Origin: Candidatus Methanoperedenaceae archaeon
GTDB lineage: Archaea; Halobacteriota; Methanosarcinia; Methanosarcinales; Methanoperedenaceae
Assembly: GCA_963753595.1 (NCBI GenBank)
Contig: CAVWCX010000003.1
Span: forward strand, 1 to 64,000
DNA: 64,000 nucleotides
Direction of reading: 5' to 3'
Part shown: in pieces, positions 39,598-50,231 of the stretch
How the letters are laid out: the number at the start of each line of letters is the position of its first letter
Position numbering within the stretch: position 1 is the first letter of the stretch
Notes under the pieces: generated by a model
Seen by the model: only the letters and a program-made list of their open reading frames with translations
What the model was told of the DNA's origin: nothing
Database searches by the model: none
Made by a program: the position numbers and the translations under genes

Positions 39598-39984
39598 TTA
39601 AGTCCGTGTTTTTAATAATTCACTCTTTTTTTTGCTTTTTTGCTTTTTTTCTTTAACACAATCCTTGAAAACGGGTTCAAACATATTGCAGAAATATTCA
39701 AATGCCTTTTTTGATGTTATTGTGCCCTTTTCTGTTAGGGAATAAATAATATTCCTCCCGTCTTTCTGTGATGTTACAAGACCATTATTCTGCAGATGTT
39801 TTAAAGCAGGATATATCGTTCCCGGAGTGGGTTTGTTTCCTTTCATTTTTTCAAGTTCCTGCGCAATCTCCTCGCCGTACATGGGTCTTTTTGAGAGAAA
39901 CCACATAATCAAAAACGATAGCATCCCCCTCATATCACAGCATTCCGGTGCACATATTTCTTCATGGCAATTATCATCTGTCAC
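39598..39984 (-). CDS. PadR-family transcriptional regulator
   Basis: PMYGEEI...PGTIYPALKHL...YSLTEKG; N-terminal CCDMRG. Confidence 0.88.
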   Translation of the reverse strand: MTDDNCHEEICAPECCDMRGMLSFLIMWFLSKRPMYGEEIAQELEKMKGNKPTPGTIYPALKHLQNNGLVTSQKDGRNIIYSLTEKGTITSKKAFEYFCNMFEPVFKDCVKEKKQKSKKKSELLKTRT

Positions 39985-40075
39985 TGGCTGGTATTGGATG
40001 TCCGATATATTTAAATATTATTATTGGGTATGCGATACATCTGATCTTAACAGGGTCAGTTCAAAGAGGAATAAT

Positions 40076-40756
40076 ATGAAGATATTAGGAATTGTAGGCA
40101 GTCCGAGAAAAGGCAGCAGCACTGACCTTCTTGTGGACATGGTATTAAAAGGAGCAATATCCAAAGGAGCAGAAGTTGAAAAAATAAACATTAGTGATCT
40201 GAATATTGCATTTTGTACCGGGTGTATGGAATGCAGGCAAAATGGTGTTTGCAGAATAACAAAAGAGGATTCTGATGATGATCTTGCCATGATAATTGAA
40301 AAAATAACGGAGGCTGAAGGGCTTGTGCTGGCATCCCCGGTATATATGCGGTATGTCACTGGACAGTTTAAAAATTTATTTGACAGGCTGGTATCACAGA
40401 TAATCATTACACCTGGAAAAAATCCTCCTGAAATTAAATGCCGTATCCCGGGGAAGAGGAATAGTATTGTCATTGCAGCCTGCGGGAACCCGGATATTAA
40501 AATGGCAACTGAGACGCTGGAATTCCTGAAGAATGCAGCATTCGTGTACGGTAACGGCGGGACTGTTGTTTCGGAACTGGCAGCAGGAGGTTTAATGCTT
40601 CCGGGGCAGATAAATGCAGATAAAAGAACACTATCGGGTTTGGCATCAAATCTCAATATCCCTGAACCAGCAGTGGATAATATGATGAAACAATATAAAT
40701 CGATTAAGGAACAGGCATACCAGGGCGGGCAGAAGCTTGCATTATTAAAAAGGTAA
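40076..40756 (+). CDS. Flavodoxin-fold iron-sulfur flavoprotein-like protein
   Basis: MKILGIVGSPRKG, CTGCMEC....C, SPVY; GAGGA RBS before ATG 40076. Confidence 0.88.
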   Translation: MKILGIVGSPRKGSSTDLLVDMVLKGAISKGAEVEKINISDLNIAFCTGCMECRQNGVCRITKEDSDDDLAMIIEKITEAEGLVLASPVYMRYVTGQFKNLFDRLVSQIIITPGKNPPEIKCRIPGKRNSIVIAACGNPDIKMATETLEFLKNAAFVYGNGGTVVSELAAGGLMLPGQINADKRTLSGLASNLNIPEPAVDNMMKQYKSIKEQAYQGGQKLALLKR

Positions 40757-40761
40757 TTTTT

Positions 40762-41427
40762 ATGGATGTTACCGATGCCCTGTATTCACGTTATAGCGCC
40801 AGGGCTTTTAAACCCGATTCAGTTGAGAAAGAAACAATCATCAAGATTCTGGAAGCTGCAACCCACTCACCCTCATGGGCTAATACACAGCCATGGGAAA
40901 TATTCGTCGCTGGCGGGGATGCTTTGAACAGGTTGCGCCATGCCTATTTAGAAAATTTTCATAAAAGTTTATCCGGCGAATCGGATATACCAAGGCCGCA
41001 ACAATGGCCTCCTGCCCTGCAAAAGCGCATGGAAGAACTGGGAGCGGAACGCTTTAAAACTGCAGGTATAGGGCGAGATGATATAGTTGCAAGGCAGGCA
41101 ATCTTTGAGGCGAACTATAGGTTTTTCGGGGCACCAGCGGTCATATACCTGTGCATGGATCGCACCCTTACACGATGGTCAATATTTGATATCGGAATGC
41201 TGGCTCAGAGCATTATGCTGGCGGCACAGCAGTATGGCCTGGGCTCGATTCCTGCTTATGTTCTAGCGTCTTATCCTGATCTGATCCGCGCCGAACTGAA
41301 AATCACGGATGACCTGTCAATCATAATTGGAATTGCGCTTGGCTACAGCGATGCACAACATCCGCAGAATAAGTTCAGAAGTCCCAGGCGACCCATACAG
41401 GAAGCTGTCAGGTTTAAGGGCTTCTAA
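40762..41427 (+). CDS. Nitroreductase family protein
   Basis: RYSARAF, SPSWANTQPW, FFGAP, IALGY. Confidence 0.9.
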   Translation: MDVTDALYSRYSARAFKPDSVEKETIIKILEAATHSPSWANTQPWEIFVAGGDALNRLRHAYLENFHKSLSGESDIPRPQQWPPALQKRMEELGAERFKTAGIGRDDIVARQAIFEANYRFFGAPAVIYLCMDRTLTRWSIFDIGMLAQSIMLAAQQYGLGSIPAYVLASYPDLIRAELKITDDLSIIIGIALGYSDAQHPQNKFRSPRRPIQEAVRFKGF

Positions 41428-41609
41428 TCCTGCATTTTTGAAAGGTCAACGGAAACCAGAACATGGATTACATCCGTTAACAAATGAACGTGAAGGCTTG
41501 TATATAAAAGTATATAGTTAGTATATTTTTATAACGGCTAAGTATATAAACCATTTCCGGCTAATTAATAGACTGGGAAATTCGAAATAAAATTATTGGG
41601 AGGTAAAAT

Positions 41610-42065
41610 ATGGTGGAACCTAAAATATTAATAGTGTATGCATCGAGGACAGGTAACACAGAAAAACTTGCACAGGCGATTGCTGAAGGGGCAAGGAGCG
41701 CCAGCGGGGTCAGTGTAGAGTTAAAGAAAGCGAAGGATACTAAACCATCAGATGCTGGCGCTGATGCGTTCGCATTTGGTTCGCATTCGGCTTTTGAATA
41801 TATGGCGGGTGAGCTTAAAAGCCTGTTTGAAGATTTGTATCCTGTAAGAGATAAACTGGCGGGCAAACCTTTACTGCTTTTCACTACGGGACAGGGAGGG
41901 CAGGTTTCGGCTCTGGCATCAATAGATAAGGTGGCGGGCGTGTTCAATCCTTCCTGGGTTAAACCGGGTGTAGCTGTGCAGGGGGCGCCTAAAGATGAAG
42001 ATAAAGCAAAAGGAAGGGAAATGGGCAAAAAACTTGCAGAGGCTGCAAAGAAAAAACTAAAATAA
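41610..42065 (+). CDS. Flavodoxin (WrbA-like short form)
   Basis: YASRTGNTEKLA FMN-phosphate loop. Confidence 0.85.
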   Translation: MVEPKILIVYASRTGNTEKLAQAIAEGARSASGVSVELKKAKDTKPSDAGADAFAFGSHSAFEYMAGELKSLFEDLYPVRDKLAGKPLLLFTTGQGGQVSALASIDKVAGVFNPSWVKPGVAVQGAPKDEDKAKGREMGKKLAEAAKKKLK

Positions 42066-42098
42066 TCACTTCGATTGCCATTTTCAAAGTTCAATCCG

Positions 42099-42144
42099 GG
42101 TCAGGGACTGGTATTAAGTTATTTTAATAAGGCTCTCCCTGACC
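42099..42144. terminator. Stem-loop downstream of flavodoxin gene
   Basis: GGTCAGGGA...TCCCTGACC with inner TATTAA/TTAATA. Confidence 0.45.
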
Positions 42145-42365
42145 GTATAAATGTACAACTGCGTTTATCCTGATACCGCCGTATCCTGTTTTGGGTTCTT
42201 AAAGGGATAATGCTTGCTTTTAGCAGTTTTCTGGAATGCTAAATTGATTTGAACCTTAAATATATAGGTTGTGACTGATTTACTCACTACCTGGAGAAGG
42301 TTATCTTACATTAAGATATTTATTGGATTGTCTGAAAAAGACACCTAATAAGGAGGTACAAAAAT

Positions 42366-42464
42366 ATGACAGGTTGTTGCACACCAAAAAAGACAACTGC
42401 GCCGAATGACGCATGTCCATGCGGATCAGGAAAGAAATTCAAGGATTGCTGCGGAAAGAAATAA
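42366..42464 (+). CDS. 32-aa stand-alone SEC-C motif peptide
   Basis: MTGCCTPKKTTAPNDACPCGSGKKFKDCCGKK; AGGAGGT RBS. Confidence 0.85.
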   Translation: MTGCCTPKKTTAPNDACPCGSGKKFKDCCGKK

Positions 42465-42498
42465 AGAAAGAGTAAATAAAGGAACAAGGTGATAATTA

Positions 42499-42627
42499 AT
42501 GTCAAAGATGTGTACAATGGAAGGCTGTAAGACTTCCGAAGGAATGTGCAATCACGAAAAAATGATGGCTGTAATAGTAATGGTCGCCATCGTAGCGATT
42601 GCTGCAAAATTACTGAATGTGTTATAA
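42499..42627 (+). CDS. 42-aa Cys/Met-rich membrane-anchored microprotein
   Basis: MSKMCTMEGCKTSEGMCNHEKMMAVIVMVAIVAIAAKLLNVL; AAGGTGA RBS. Confidence 0.7.
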   Translation: MSKMCTMEGCKTSEGMCNHEKMMAVIVMVAIVAIAAKLLNVL

Positions 42628-42676
42628 AAGGAGATATTCTGCCTTTTTAAGATAAAAACAACCCGGAGGAAATTAA

Positions 42677-43243
42677 ATGAAAAATTGCTGCTGTGAAATA
42701 GATGATAGCACAGAATGTCAGGGTGAAAGACAATCCGAGAAAAACCAAAACATGACAGAAAACGAATTACAGCATTCTTGCTGTGATGTCATTGAGCTTG
42801 AGGCTTCTATTTGCAAAGAATGCGGCAACACCGGGAAACAAGTTTTAGAAATAACATTGAGAAGTATGGTCAAAGAACCAGTGTTTGTAGCTATCGAAAA
42901 TCCTGATGGGTTCTATTTTTGTGAGACATCCGCCTGTGAAGTTGTTTATTTCAATAACGAGCAGCAGGTTTATTTGCATAAACAGGAAGTAAAAGTAAAG
43001 GTTGGCATAAAAGAAACGGAAAATCCTGTTCCAGTATGTTATTGTTTTGGATGGACGAAGGAGAGGATTTTTGAGCAGATCAGGCAGCTGGGATATAGCA
43101 CTGCTGTCAAGGAAATAGGTGCAAAAATAAAAGCCGATGAGTGTGACTGTGATAAAAAAAATCCTTCCGGAAGATGCTGCCTGGGCGAAGTTAATAAAAC
43201 AGTTAAAAGGGGACAGGAGATATACGGAATAAAGAAAAATTAG
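42677..43243 (+). CDS. CopZ N-terminal-like Zn/[2Fe-2S] metallochaperone
   Basis: CKECG, YFCETSAC.VVYF, PVCYCF, CDCDKKNPSGRCCLG. Confidence 0.82.
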   Translation: MKNCCCEIDDSTECQGERQSEKNQNMTENELQHSCCDVIELEASICKECGNTGKQVLEITLRSMVKEPVFVAIENPDGFYFCETSACEVVYFNNEQQVYLHKQEVKVKVGIKETENPVPVCYCFGWTKERIFEQIRQLGYSTAVKEIGAKIKADECDCDKKNPSGRCCLGEVNKTVKRGQEIYGIKKN

Positions 43244-43536
43244 ATTCTGTAGCCTTAACCCTTGATGCTTCATCGATTTGCATGGCTCAAAGCTATTTTT
43301 TATGTTGATTTTATTGTTGAAAATCATTATAACAATGATACTTATATAAACGCCAATGAATAATATTATATATCATATACTCATTTTATAAATATAACTC
43401 TGCTACAGCATGCAGGTTTGGAAAGATAAGTGTGTGTGAAAAGATCAATGTAAAGTTCAAGGCAAAGCCTGTGGCAGGCCTTTCATGAAATGGCAGCTTG
43501 GGCTTTCTGAAAAGGTGTGTAAATGTATAAGTTGGA

Positions 43537-44217
43537 GTGACATTGAGAGGTTTGTCCATAAAAATAAGTAAAAAGGTAATAAAAAATATACTGTTACTTA
43601 TAATTATTTGTATATCAATTTCGGCAGGTGAAGGAGCTGTTCAGGCTAATGGTGGATATTTGACCCGGACTGATCTTGCAGTGAATTCATATTCAGAGCA
43701 CTGGCTGGGATTTTATGGGATGATCACAAATAACACGATGACGAATAAACCCTGATGAACAATACGATGACGATCGGGAATTTTAATGTAAAAAACAATA
43801 ATTCTATTAAATATATTTTTCCGGGTATATCTATAGATAAGGGTGATTACCTGATCATAACCACTTCGCCTTCACCCCCTGACCTTTCAGGATTAAAGGC
43901 AGGTAATATTGCATCCATTGATGAAATAACAGTGGGTGATGAGTCGGGTTCAAATACATTCACAAATTATTCTAACTACCTGATACCTTCTTCAGGAGCT
44001 TTACTTGCTGATGTGCCATCAATTTACATGTCAGATGGCATGGGGTATTATTCCAGGGAAGCATTATTCGCAGATATTAATGGAGATCCGGTATTTGCTG
44101 TTCAGGTAGAGCCCCGTTCCGACAAAAATAATGAAACATATTATGAAATTTTTTCAATTTATGTTGCCTGAAAATGGCAGACCGTATTATTTATTTTACC
44201 TGCCATCTGACATATAA
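43537..44217 (+). CDS. Third paralogue of the WQ-domain secreted family (two indels)
   Basis: ANGGYLTRTDL...SEHWLGFYG; ESGSNTF; restored C-terminus FQFMLPENGRPYYLFYLPSDI; breaks at CCC (~43750) and T-run (~44150). Confidence 0.65.
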
Positions 44218-44281
44218 TAAAATTTTTTATTGATCATCCAAGAGAGTAATCTATAAGCCTATAAATTCTATTGAGTACCCT

Positions 44282-45487
44282 ATGTACCACCTTGAGTGCA
44301 TTGAATGCCACAAGAAATATTCCGGAACTGAAGTCATCTATACCTGTACCTGCGGTGGTCTGCTCGACATTATTTACGATTATTCCCTGATAAATCTCAC
44401 TAAAAACGATTTGAAAGGCCCGCTTTCGGTCTGGAAATATCGCGCCTTGCTGCCGATAAGCATAGACCCGGTATCCCTTAAAGAAGGCGGAACGCCGCTA
44501 TATCGCGTTGACAGGATAGCAAAAAGTGTCGGACTTAAGGATGTTTATGTCAAACATGAAGGCATGAACCCTACAGGCTCATTCAAGGACAGGGGAATGA
44601 CTGTTGGTGTTACTAAAGCCATTGAACTTGGTATGAAAACGGTTGCCTGCGCATCCACAGGGAATACATCGGCATCTCTTGCGGTGTACGGGGCAAGGGC
44701 AGGCGTTCCCGCTGTAGTTCTCCTTCCGGCAGGTAAAGTCGCCCTGGGAAAACTTGCCCAGGCGCTCATGCACGGTGCAAAAGTGTTAAGCATCCGTGGA
44801 AATTTTGATGATGCGCTAAAACTTGTGCGGGACCTTTGCGACAGGGAAGGATTCTATCTTTTAAATTCCGTAAATCCGTATCGCCTTGAAGGACAAAAGA
44901 CAATCGCTTTTGAGATCGCTGACCAGCTTGGATGGAAAGCGCCTGACAGGCTTGTGCTTCCGGTCGGAAATGCAGGCAATATCACAGCGATATATAAAGG
45001 ATTCAAGGAGTTAAAAAATCTTGGTCTCATTGACAGTGTTCCGAAAATGACCGGAATACAGGCAGAAGGTGCAAGTCCTGTTGTTGCGGCAATAAAGAAT
45101 AATGCTCCTGCAATAACGCCGGAGGCCCATCCTGAAACAATTGCAACAGCTATACGAATAGGAAATCCGGTGAATTCAATAAAAGCCTTAAAGGCGATCC
45201 GGGAATCCGGAGGAACTGCAGAAACCGTGACTGATGAGGAAATAATCCGCGCCCAGCAGGAACTTGCATATCTTGAGGGGATAGGAGTAGAGCCTGCCAG
45301 TGCATCATCCATCGCCGGCCTTCGGAAACTTGTGAACCTTGGGGTTATTGATACAGATGAGGTAGTTGCATGTGTTACTACAGGTCATTTGCTCAAGGAC
45401 TCAGAGCATGTGCTTACTGTGTGCCCCAGACCCATGGAAATCGATGCGACGATTGAAGCGGTAAGGAAAGCGGTTTTCTCGAAATAA
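44282..45487 (+). CDS. thrC: Threonine synthase
   Basis: NPTGSFKDRG, CASTGNTS, PVGNAGN, TTGHLLKD. Confidence 0.95.
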   Translation: MYHLECIECHKKYSGTEVIYTCTCGGLLDIIYDYSLINLTKNDLKGPLSVWKYRALLPISIDPVSLKEGGTPLYRVDRIAKSVGLKDVYVKHEGMNPTGSFKDRGMTVGVTKAIELGMKTVACASTGNTSASLAVYGARAGVPAVVLLPAGKVALGKLAQALMHGAKVLSIRGNFDDALKLVRDLCDREGFYLLNSVNPYRLEGQKTIAFEIADQLGWKAPDRLVLPVGNAGNITAIYKGFKELKNLGLIDSVPKMTGIQAEGASPVVAAIKNNAPAITPEAHPETIATAIRIGNPVNSIKALKAIRESGGTAETVTDEEIIRAQQELAYLEGIGVEPASASSIAGLRKLVNLGVIDTDEVVACVTTGHLLKDSEHVLTVCPRPMEIDATIEAVRKAVFSK

Positions 45488-45564
45488 CTTTTAGGGAACA
45501 AATAATTTAATATTTTGAAGCGTCATTGTTGTAATTAGCACTTGCTTCATTGGGGAATGAAAAT

Positions 45565-46726
45565 ATGAATAGAAAACTTATTTTTGATTTTAATTTTATT
45601 GATCGCGATTTTAATAGCTGCAATTTCTTATTATGGCATCAAACCATCAGTTAAATCCGAAACTCTTCCCGAAATCGAACTTCCCCAGGGGTTCAGGATC
45701 GATATTTTTGCGCAAAATATGGGTGGAAGTCCAGTATCGTATCCCGGCCCGAATCCGGGTCCAAGGATGATGCTGTTGAAAGATGGAGTATTATTTGTCA
45801 CAGTCCCGAACATGGGAAGAGTTGTCGCCCTTCCTGACAGGAACAATGATAAAAAAGCCGATGAGACAATTTTATTCATCGAGAATCTCAACAATCCCCA
45901 TGGCATTGATTTCTATGAAGGCTGGTTTTATATTGCTGAGGAGAACAGGGTTATCAGGGTAAAAGATAACGACAATAATTTTATCGCAGACCCGGATACA
46001 ATTGAAATCCTGATTAACAATTTGCCTGCAGGCGGTCATTTCACAAGAACCCTGAAAATACATAACAACAGTTTATTCGTGAGCATCGGTTCTTCATGTA
46101 ACGTCTGCACGGAAGAGGATGAAAGAAGAGCAGCGATCATGAAGTGTACTCTTGACGGGAAAGACTGCAAGGTTTTCGCAAAAGGCTTAAGAAATGCCGT
46201 GGGTATGGTTTTTCATCCGATAACAGGACAGATGTATGCTACTGAAAATGGCCGTGACCAGCTTGGAGATGACCTGCCGCCTGATGAGATAAATCTTATT
46301 GAGGAAGGTAAGAATTATGGCTGGCCAATATGCTATGGCAAGAATATCCATGATACTGATTTTGATAAGAATGTGTATATCCGGAATCCCTGTATGGAAC
46401 CATTTGAAACTCAAAGCCTTATTAACCTCCAGGCTCATTCTGCGCCCCTGGGACTTGCTTTCTACTATGGCGATAATTTCCCGCAGGAATACAGGGGTAA
46501 TCTCTTCGTAGCTTTTCACGGCTCATGGAACCGCAAAGTTCCGACAGGCTATAAAATCATCAGCATAGACATGAATGATTATTCAGTGAAAGATTTCGCT
46601 ACTGGCTGGCTAAATAACAGCAATGTGCTGGGAAGACCTGTGGATATTATCGTTGCAGATGACGGTTCGCTTTTTGTAAGCGATGATAATGCAGGAAAGA
46701 TTTACAGGATATCTTATGGTGGGTGA
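45565..46726 (+). CDS. PQQ-dependent sugar/sorbosone dehydrogenase-like beta-propeller protein
   Basis: GLRNAVG, ENGRD, YGWP, AHSAPLG, HGSWNR, GRPVD; ATG at 45565 needs a 1-nt T-run correction (ORF track start 45584). Confidence 0.85.
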
Positions 46727-46865
46727 GCTTTTGGATTCAAATCAAGAAAATAAGAAGATAATACTCGAAACGGAACCAGACGTGAAGCCTTCGGAATTAT
46801 TTGTAAGTGCCTCACCCCATGCTGTTGATAAAGCCATGAAAACATCACGCAAAATTGATGAAGCC

Positions 46866-47003
46866 AAAATTTCCGCAATCGTCTAATGAAATCTCGTCTC
46901 TTACAGGGCGCCCACTGGCTCATAAGCTGGCTCCTTATTCAGATTGATACTGGCTATCACTGGCAAAGGATGATTTAATTTCAGACCGGTCAATATCCAA
47001 TGT
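46866..47003 (-). pseudogene. hicB C-terminus/hicA N-terminus toxin-antitoxin remnant
   Basis: WILTGLKLNHPLPVIASINLNKEPAY* overlapping MSQWAPCKRRDFIRRLRK, both truncated. Confidence 0.6.
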
Positions 47004-47408
47004 TGGTTTCAATCTGAGCTTTCAGATAACTTCTGATACTATATTAAATTATTTATTGTATATATAATATGCAGTGGCGTTTTTATACATTCTAACGTAT
47101 TTTGCTTTAAAGTCACTATATAGAATAAGCGTTAAAAAAAAAGCAATCTTTATAGCAAATCTATTTAGACAGTATTCCATTGTATAAAATTGGCTTTCGA
47201 TCATCTCTACTATTAGCTCTAAAATTCTCGCCAAACCAAATCTTATTCCAGCTATATGCCCAAAATCTAAGGGATATTTCATGCGTGATGATCCATTTTG
47301 ACTTTTTGTTCGGAAGTTCCGTATTAGTACTACCATAATAATTATATGTTTACATGTATATGTGGATGATGACACAAGTTAAAAGGTGTAAATTGGTGGT
47401 ATAAAAAT

Positions 47409-48218
47409 ATGGAAGCATCCCTAGAATTGAATCTTTGCAAATCAGGTATTCATCCAATTTCAAATGGTGAAAAAGCCTTAACCTTAAATAATGTTGGGAA
47501 GTATTATCAGGATTGTTCAAATTATGAACGAGTAGTAGCTATTAGGGATGTAAAACTCGATATTTATAAAAATGAATTTATATGTATTTTAGGACCTAGT
47601 GGTTGTGGAAAGACAACCTTGCTGAACATAATCGCAGGCTTTGAAAATATTACTTCAGGTGAAGTTTTATTGGAGGGTAAACAGATAGAAGGACCAGGTC
47701 CAGATAGAGGCGTTGTATTTCAAGATCATGCTCTTTTTCCATGGTTAACCGTTAGAAAGAATATTGAGTTTGGTCTAGTTGCAATGAGTATTTCAAAATC
47801 TAAAATTGAGGAAATATGTCATCATTATATCCAACTAATAAATCTCAATGGATTTGAGGATAAATATCCACATGAATTGTCAGGTGGAATGAGAGCAAGA
47901 GTCGCATTAGTTCGTGTCTTAGTTAATAAACCTAAAATTCTGCTATTAGATGAACCTTTCGCATCATTAGATGCTCAAACCAGATCTTTAATGCGCAAAG
48001 AACTCCTACAGGTATGGGAAATGACTAAACAAACTGCAATTTTTGTCACTCATGATATAGAAGAGGCTTTGTATCTTGGGGATCGAGTTGTGCTTTTTTC
48101 CCCAAGACCAGCGACAATTTCAAAAATATTCGATATTAGACTCTCAAGACCGAGAGATGTTAATGGTATTGAGTTTAATATACTCAAAAGAGAAATTAGT
48201 ATAAAATTAGGTGAATGA
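47409..48218 (+). CDS. NitT/TauT-family ABC transporter ATPase
   Basis: GPSGCGKT, VFQDHALFPW, LSGGM, DEPFASLD. Confidence 0.92.
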   Translation: MEASLELNLCKSGIHPISNGEKALTLNNVGKYYQDCSNYERVVAIRDVKLDIYKNEFICILGPSGCGKTTLLNIIAGFENITSGEVLLEGKQIEGPGPDRGVVFQDHALFPWLTVRKNIEFGLVAMSISKSKIEEICHHYIQLINLNGFEDKYPHELSGGMRARVALVRVLVNKPKILLLDEPFASLDAQTRSLMRKELLQVWEMTKQTAIFVTHDIEEALYLGDRVVLFSPRPATISKIFDIRLSRPRDVNGIEFNILKREISIKLGE

Positions 48219-49267
48219 ATATGATAATTACGAAAAAAAGACGAATGAAACTATTAATTGGAATTTTTCTCGCTTTAGTAGCAAGTGCTTCCATTGTTGG
48301 TTGCATCTCTAAAACAGAAAACGCAAAATCTACTGAAATTAATGTTGAACAACCAGTAGTGAAAGTGGGGTATTATAAAGCACCGCACAATATACCCGCA
48401 ATGGTACTACCGAGATTTGGCGACAAATATGGAGTTAAATATAAATCTAGTCCAGTTCACAAGGTATGCTGATGTTCAATTAGCCTTGGTGAATGGGGAT
48501 ATAGATTTCGGCACGACCGGCTATCATCTTGTGATAGCAGCGATAGATAAGAATACACAAAAATTCAAAGTTATCTCAGGAATGTCGATGGGTGGTCAAT
48601 GCCTTATTACTCGATCGGATATCAAAATTGAAAAATGGAAGGATATAGAGGGTAAAAAGATAGGAATGGCATCAAATGGTGCACCTGAAATGAATTTACG
48701 ATGGGCGGCATCAAAAAATGGAGTTGATTTTAATAAAATTGAACGTGTGAGTTTTACAACTACGGACCCGCCAATGATATCTGCTTTAAAAAATAAGGAA
48801 ATAGATTTATTAGCTGCTTGGGAGCCGTGGTGCGCGACAGCCGCTGTAGAGGGGTATGGGAATTATTCATTAGATATTCTTGATAACCCGACTAAAGGAA
48901 TTTATGGTGTTCTTGCGGTAAATAATGAGTTCGCTCAAAAAAATGACGAAACTGTCGTTTCTGTGGTCAAAGCATTTATTGACGCTTCTAATTATATGAA
49001 TACTCATAGAGACGAGGAAGAAAAGATTAGAAGCGAGGAGAGTTGGATATCATTGCCAGTAGCTATTGAAGCGGTGAACGATAGAAATTTAGACAGAAAC
49101 ATCAATTACGAAGATATCGAAGAAATGGCTGTAGGATATCAGAATAGCAACTGAGGAAGATAGACACAAGTAATAATATTTCGACTATGCTTGAATATCG
49201 ATTCCTGCAAGAAGCGACGGGGAAGGAGATTATGGAATTGGGAGGAAGGAATAGTGTCACCACTTAA
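48215..49267 (+). CDS. NitT/TauT (SsuA/THI5-like) substrate-binding lipoprotein (two indels)
   Basis: SIVGC lipobox; GKKIG, AWEPW; restored C-terminus YRFLQEATGKEIMELGG. Confidence 0.75.
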
Positions 49268-49345
49268 CAATACTAATTTCGACTATGCTTGAATATCGAC
49301 ACCTGCAAGAACCGACTAGAAAGGAGATCATAGAATAAGGGAGAG
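49178..49345. repeat. ~70-bp degenerate direct duplication of the SBP gene 3' end (period 98 bp)
   Basis: ATTTCGACTATGCTTGAATATCGA...CCTGCAAGAA at ~49178 and ~49276. Confidence 0.85.
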
Positions 49346-49350
49346 AATGA

Positions 49351-50208
49351 ATGGCGTTACATAATGATACCATTACCCTCATAAGAAGAGTATTTTTTGG
49401 GTTATTTGCCTTAAATTTATCAAATAATAAAGTTGACTTACGTCGATATTTGGTACCCCTCATAGTCTTGTTTCTTTGGCAATATTCTTCATATAATAAA
49501 TTAGTAGATCCACTTTTTATACCATCTCCGATGCATATAATCAATTCTATGTTTGATTGGATTTTTGGAACAAATACCCACGATTTATATAGCGGAACCT
49601 GGATAAATCATGCTATGGGTAGCATTCGACGTGTTATAGCAGGATTTTTCATTGGAGCAATAATCGGAATATTATTGGGAATTATGACAGGATGGAACCA
49701 AACTATGGAGACTCTATTTGATCCAATGATCCAATTACTACGTCCTATACCGATCACAGCATGGGTACCTTTTATGGTTGTTCTATTCGGCATTAAAGAC
49801 ATATCAGCAATCCTTCTCATCTCTTTAGGTGTTTTTTTTCCAGTTGTGGTAAATACAGTTCATGGAGTAAAGCAAATAGATAAAATCCATATAAGGGCAG
49901 CTCAGATGTTGGGAATAAGGGGGCTTCAAATCATTTCGAAGGTGGTTTTTCCCGCAGCTTTTCCCTTTATTATGACAGGATTAAGACTGGGTATGGGAAT
50001 GGCTTGGGTACTGGTGATTGTTGCTGAGATGGTTTCTGTTAAGTCTGGACTCGGTTATGTAATGTGGGATGCATATTATTTTATGCGTATGGATATAATT
50101 ATAGTAGCCATGTTGAGTGTTGGAGTATTAGGCTACTTATTTGATAAATTAATCGTGATAATAAACGACAGAATGCTTAGGTGGACAAAAGGTCTAAAAC
50201 ATCGATAA
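49351..50208 (+). CDS. NitT/TauT-family ABC permease
   Basis: RPIPITAWVP, EAA-like RAAQMLG, IVAEM..SGLGY. Confidence 0.92.
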   Translation: MALHNDTITLIRRVFFGLFALNLSNNKVDLRRYLVPLIVLFLWQYSSYNKLVDPLFIPSPMHIINSMFDWIFGTNTHDLYSGTWINHAMGSIRRVIAGFFIGAIIGILLGIMTGWNQTMETLFDPMIQLLRPIPITAWVPFMVVLFGIKDISAILLISLGVFFPVVVNTVHGVKQIDKIHIRAAQMLGIRGLQIISKVVFPAAFPFIMTGLRLGMGMAWVLVIVAEMVSVKSGLGYVMWDAYYFMRMDIIIVAMLSVGVLGYLFDKLIVIINDRMLRWTKGLKHR

Positions 50209-50231
50209 ATAAAAATTGATTAATTAACAGA

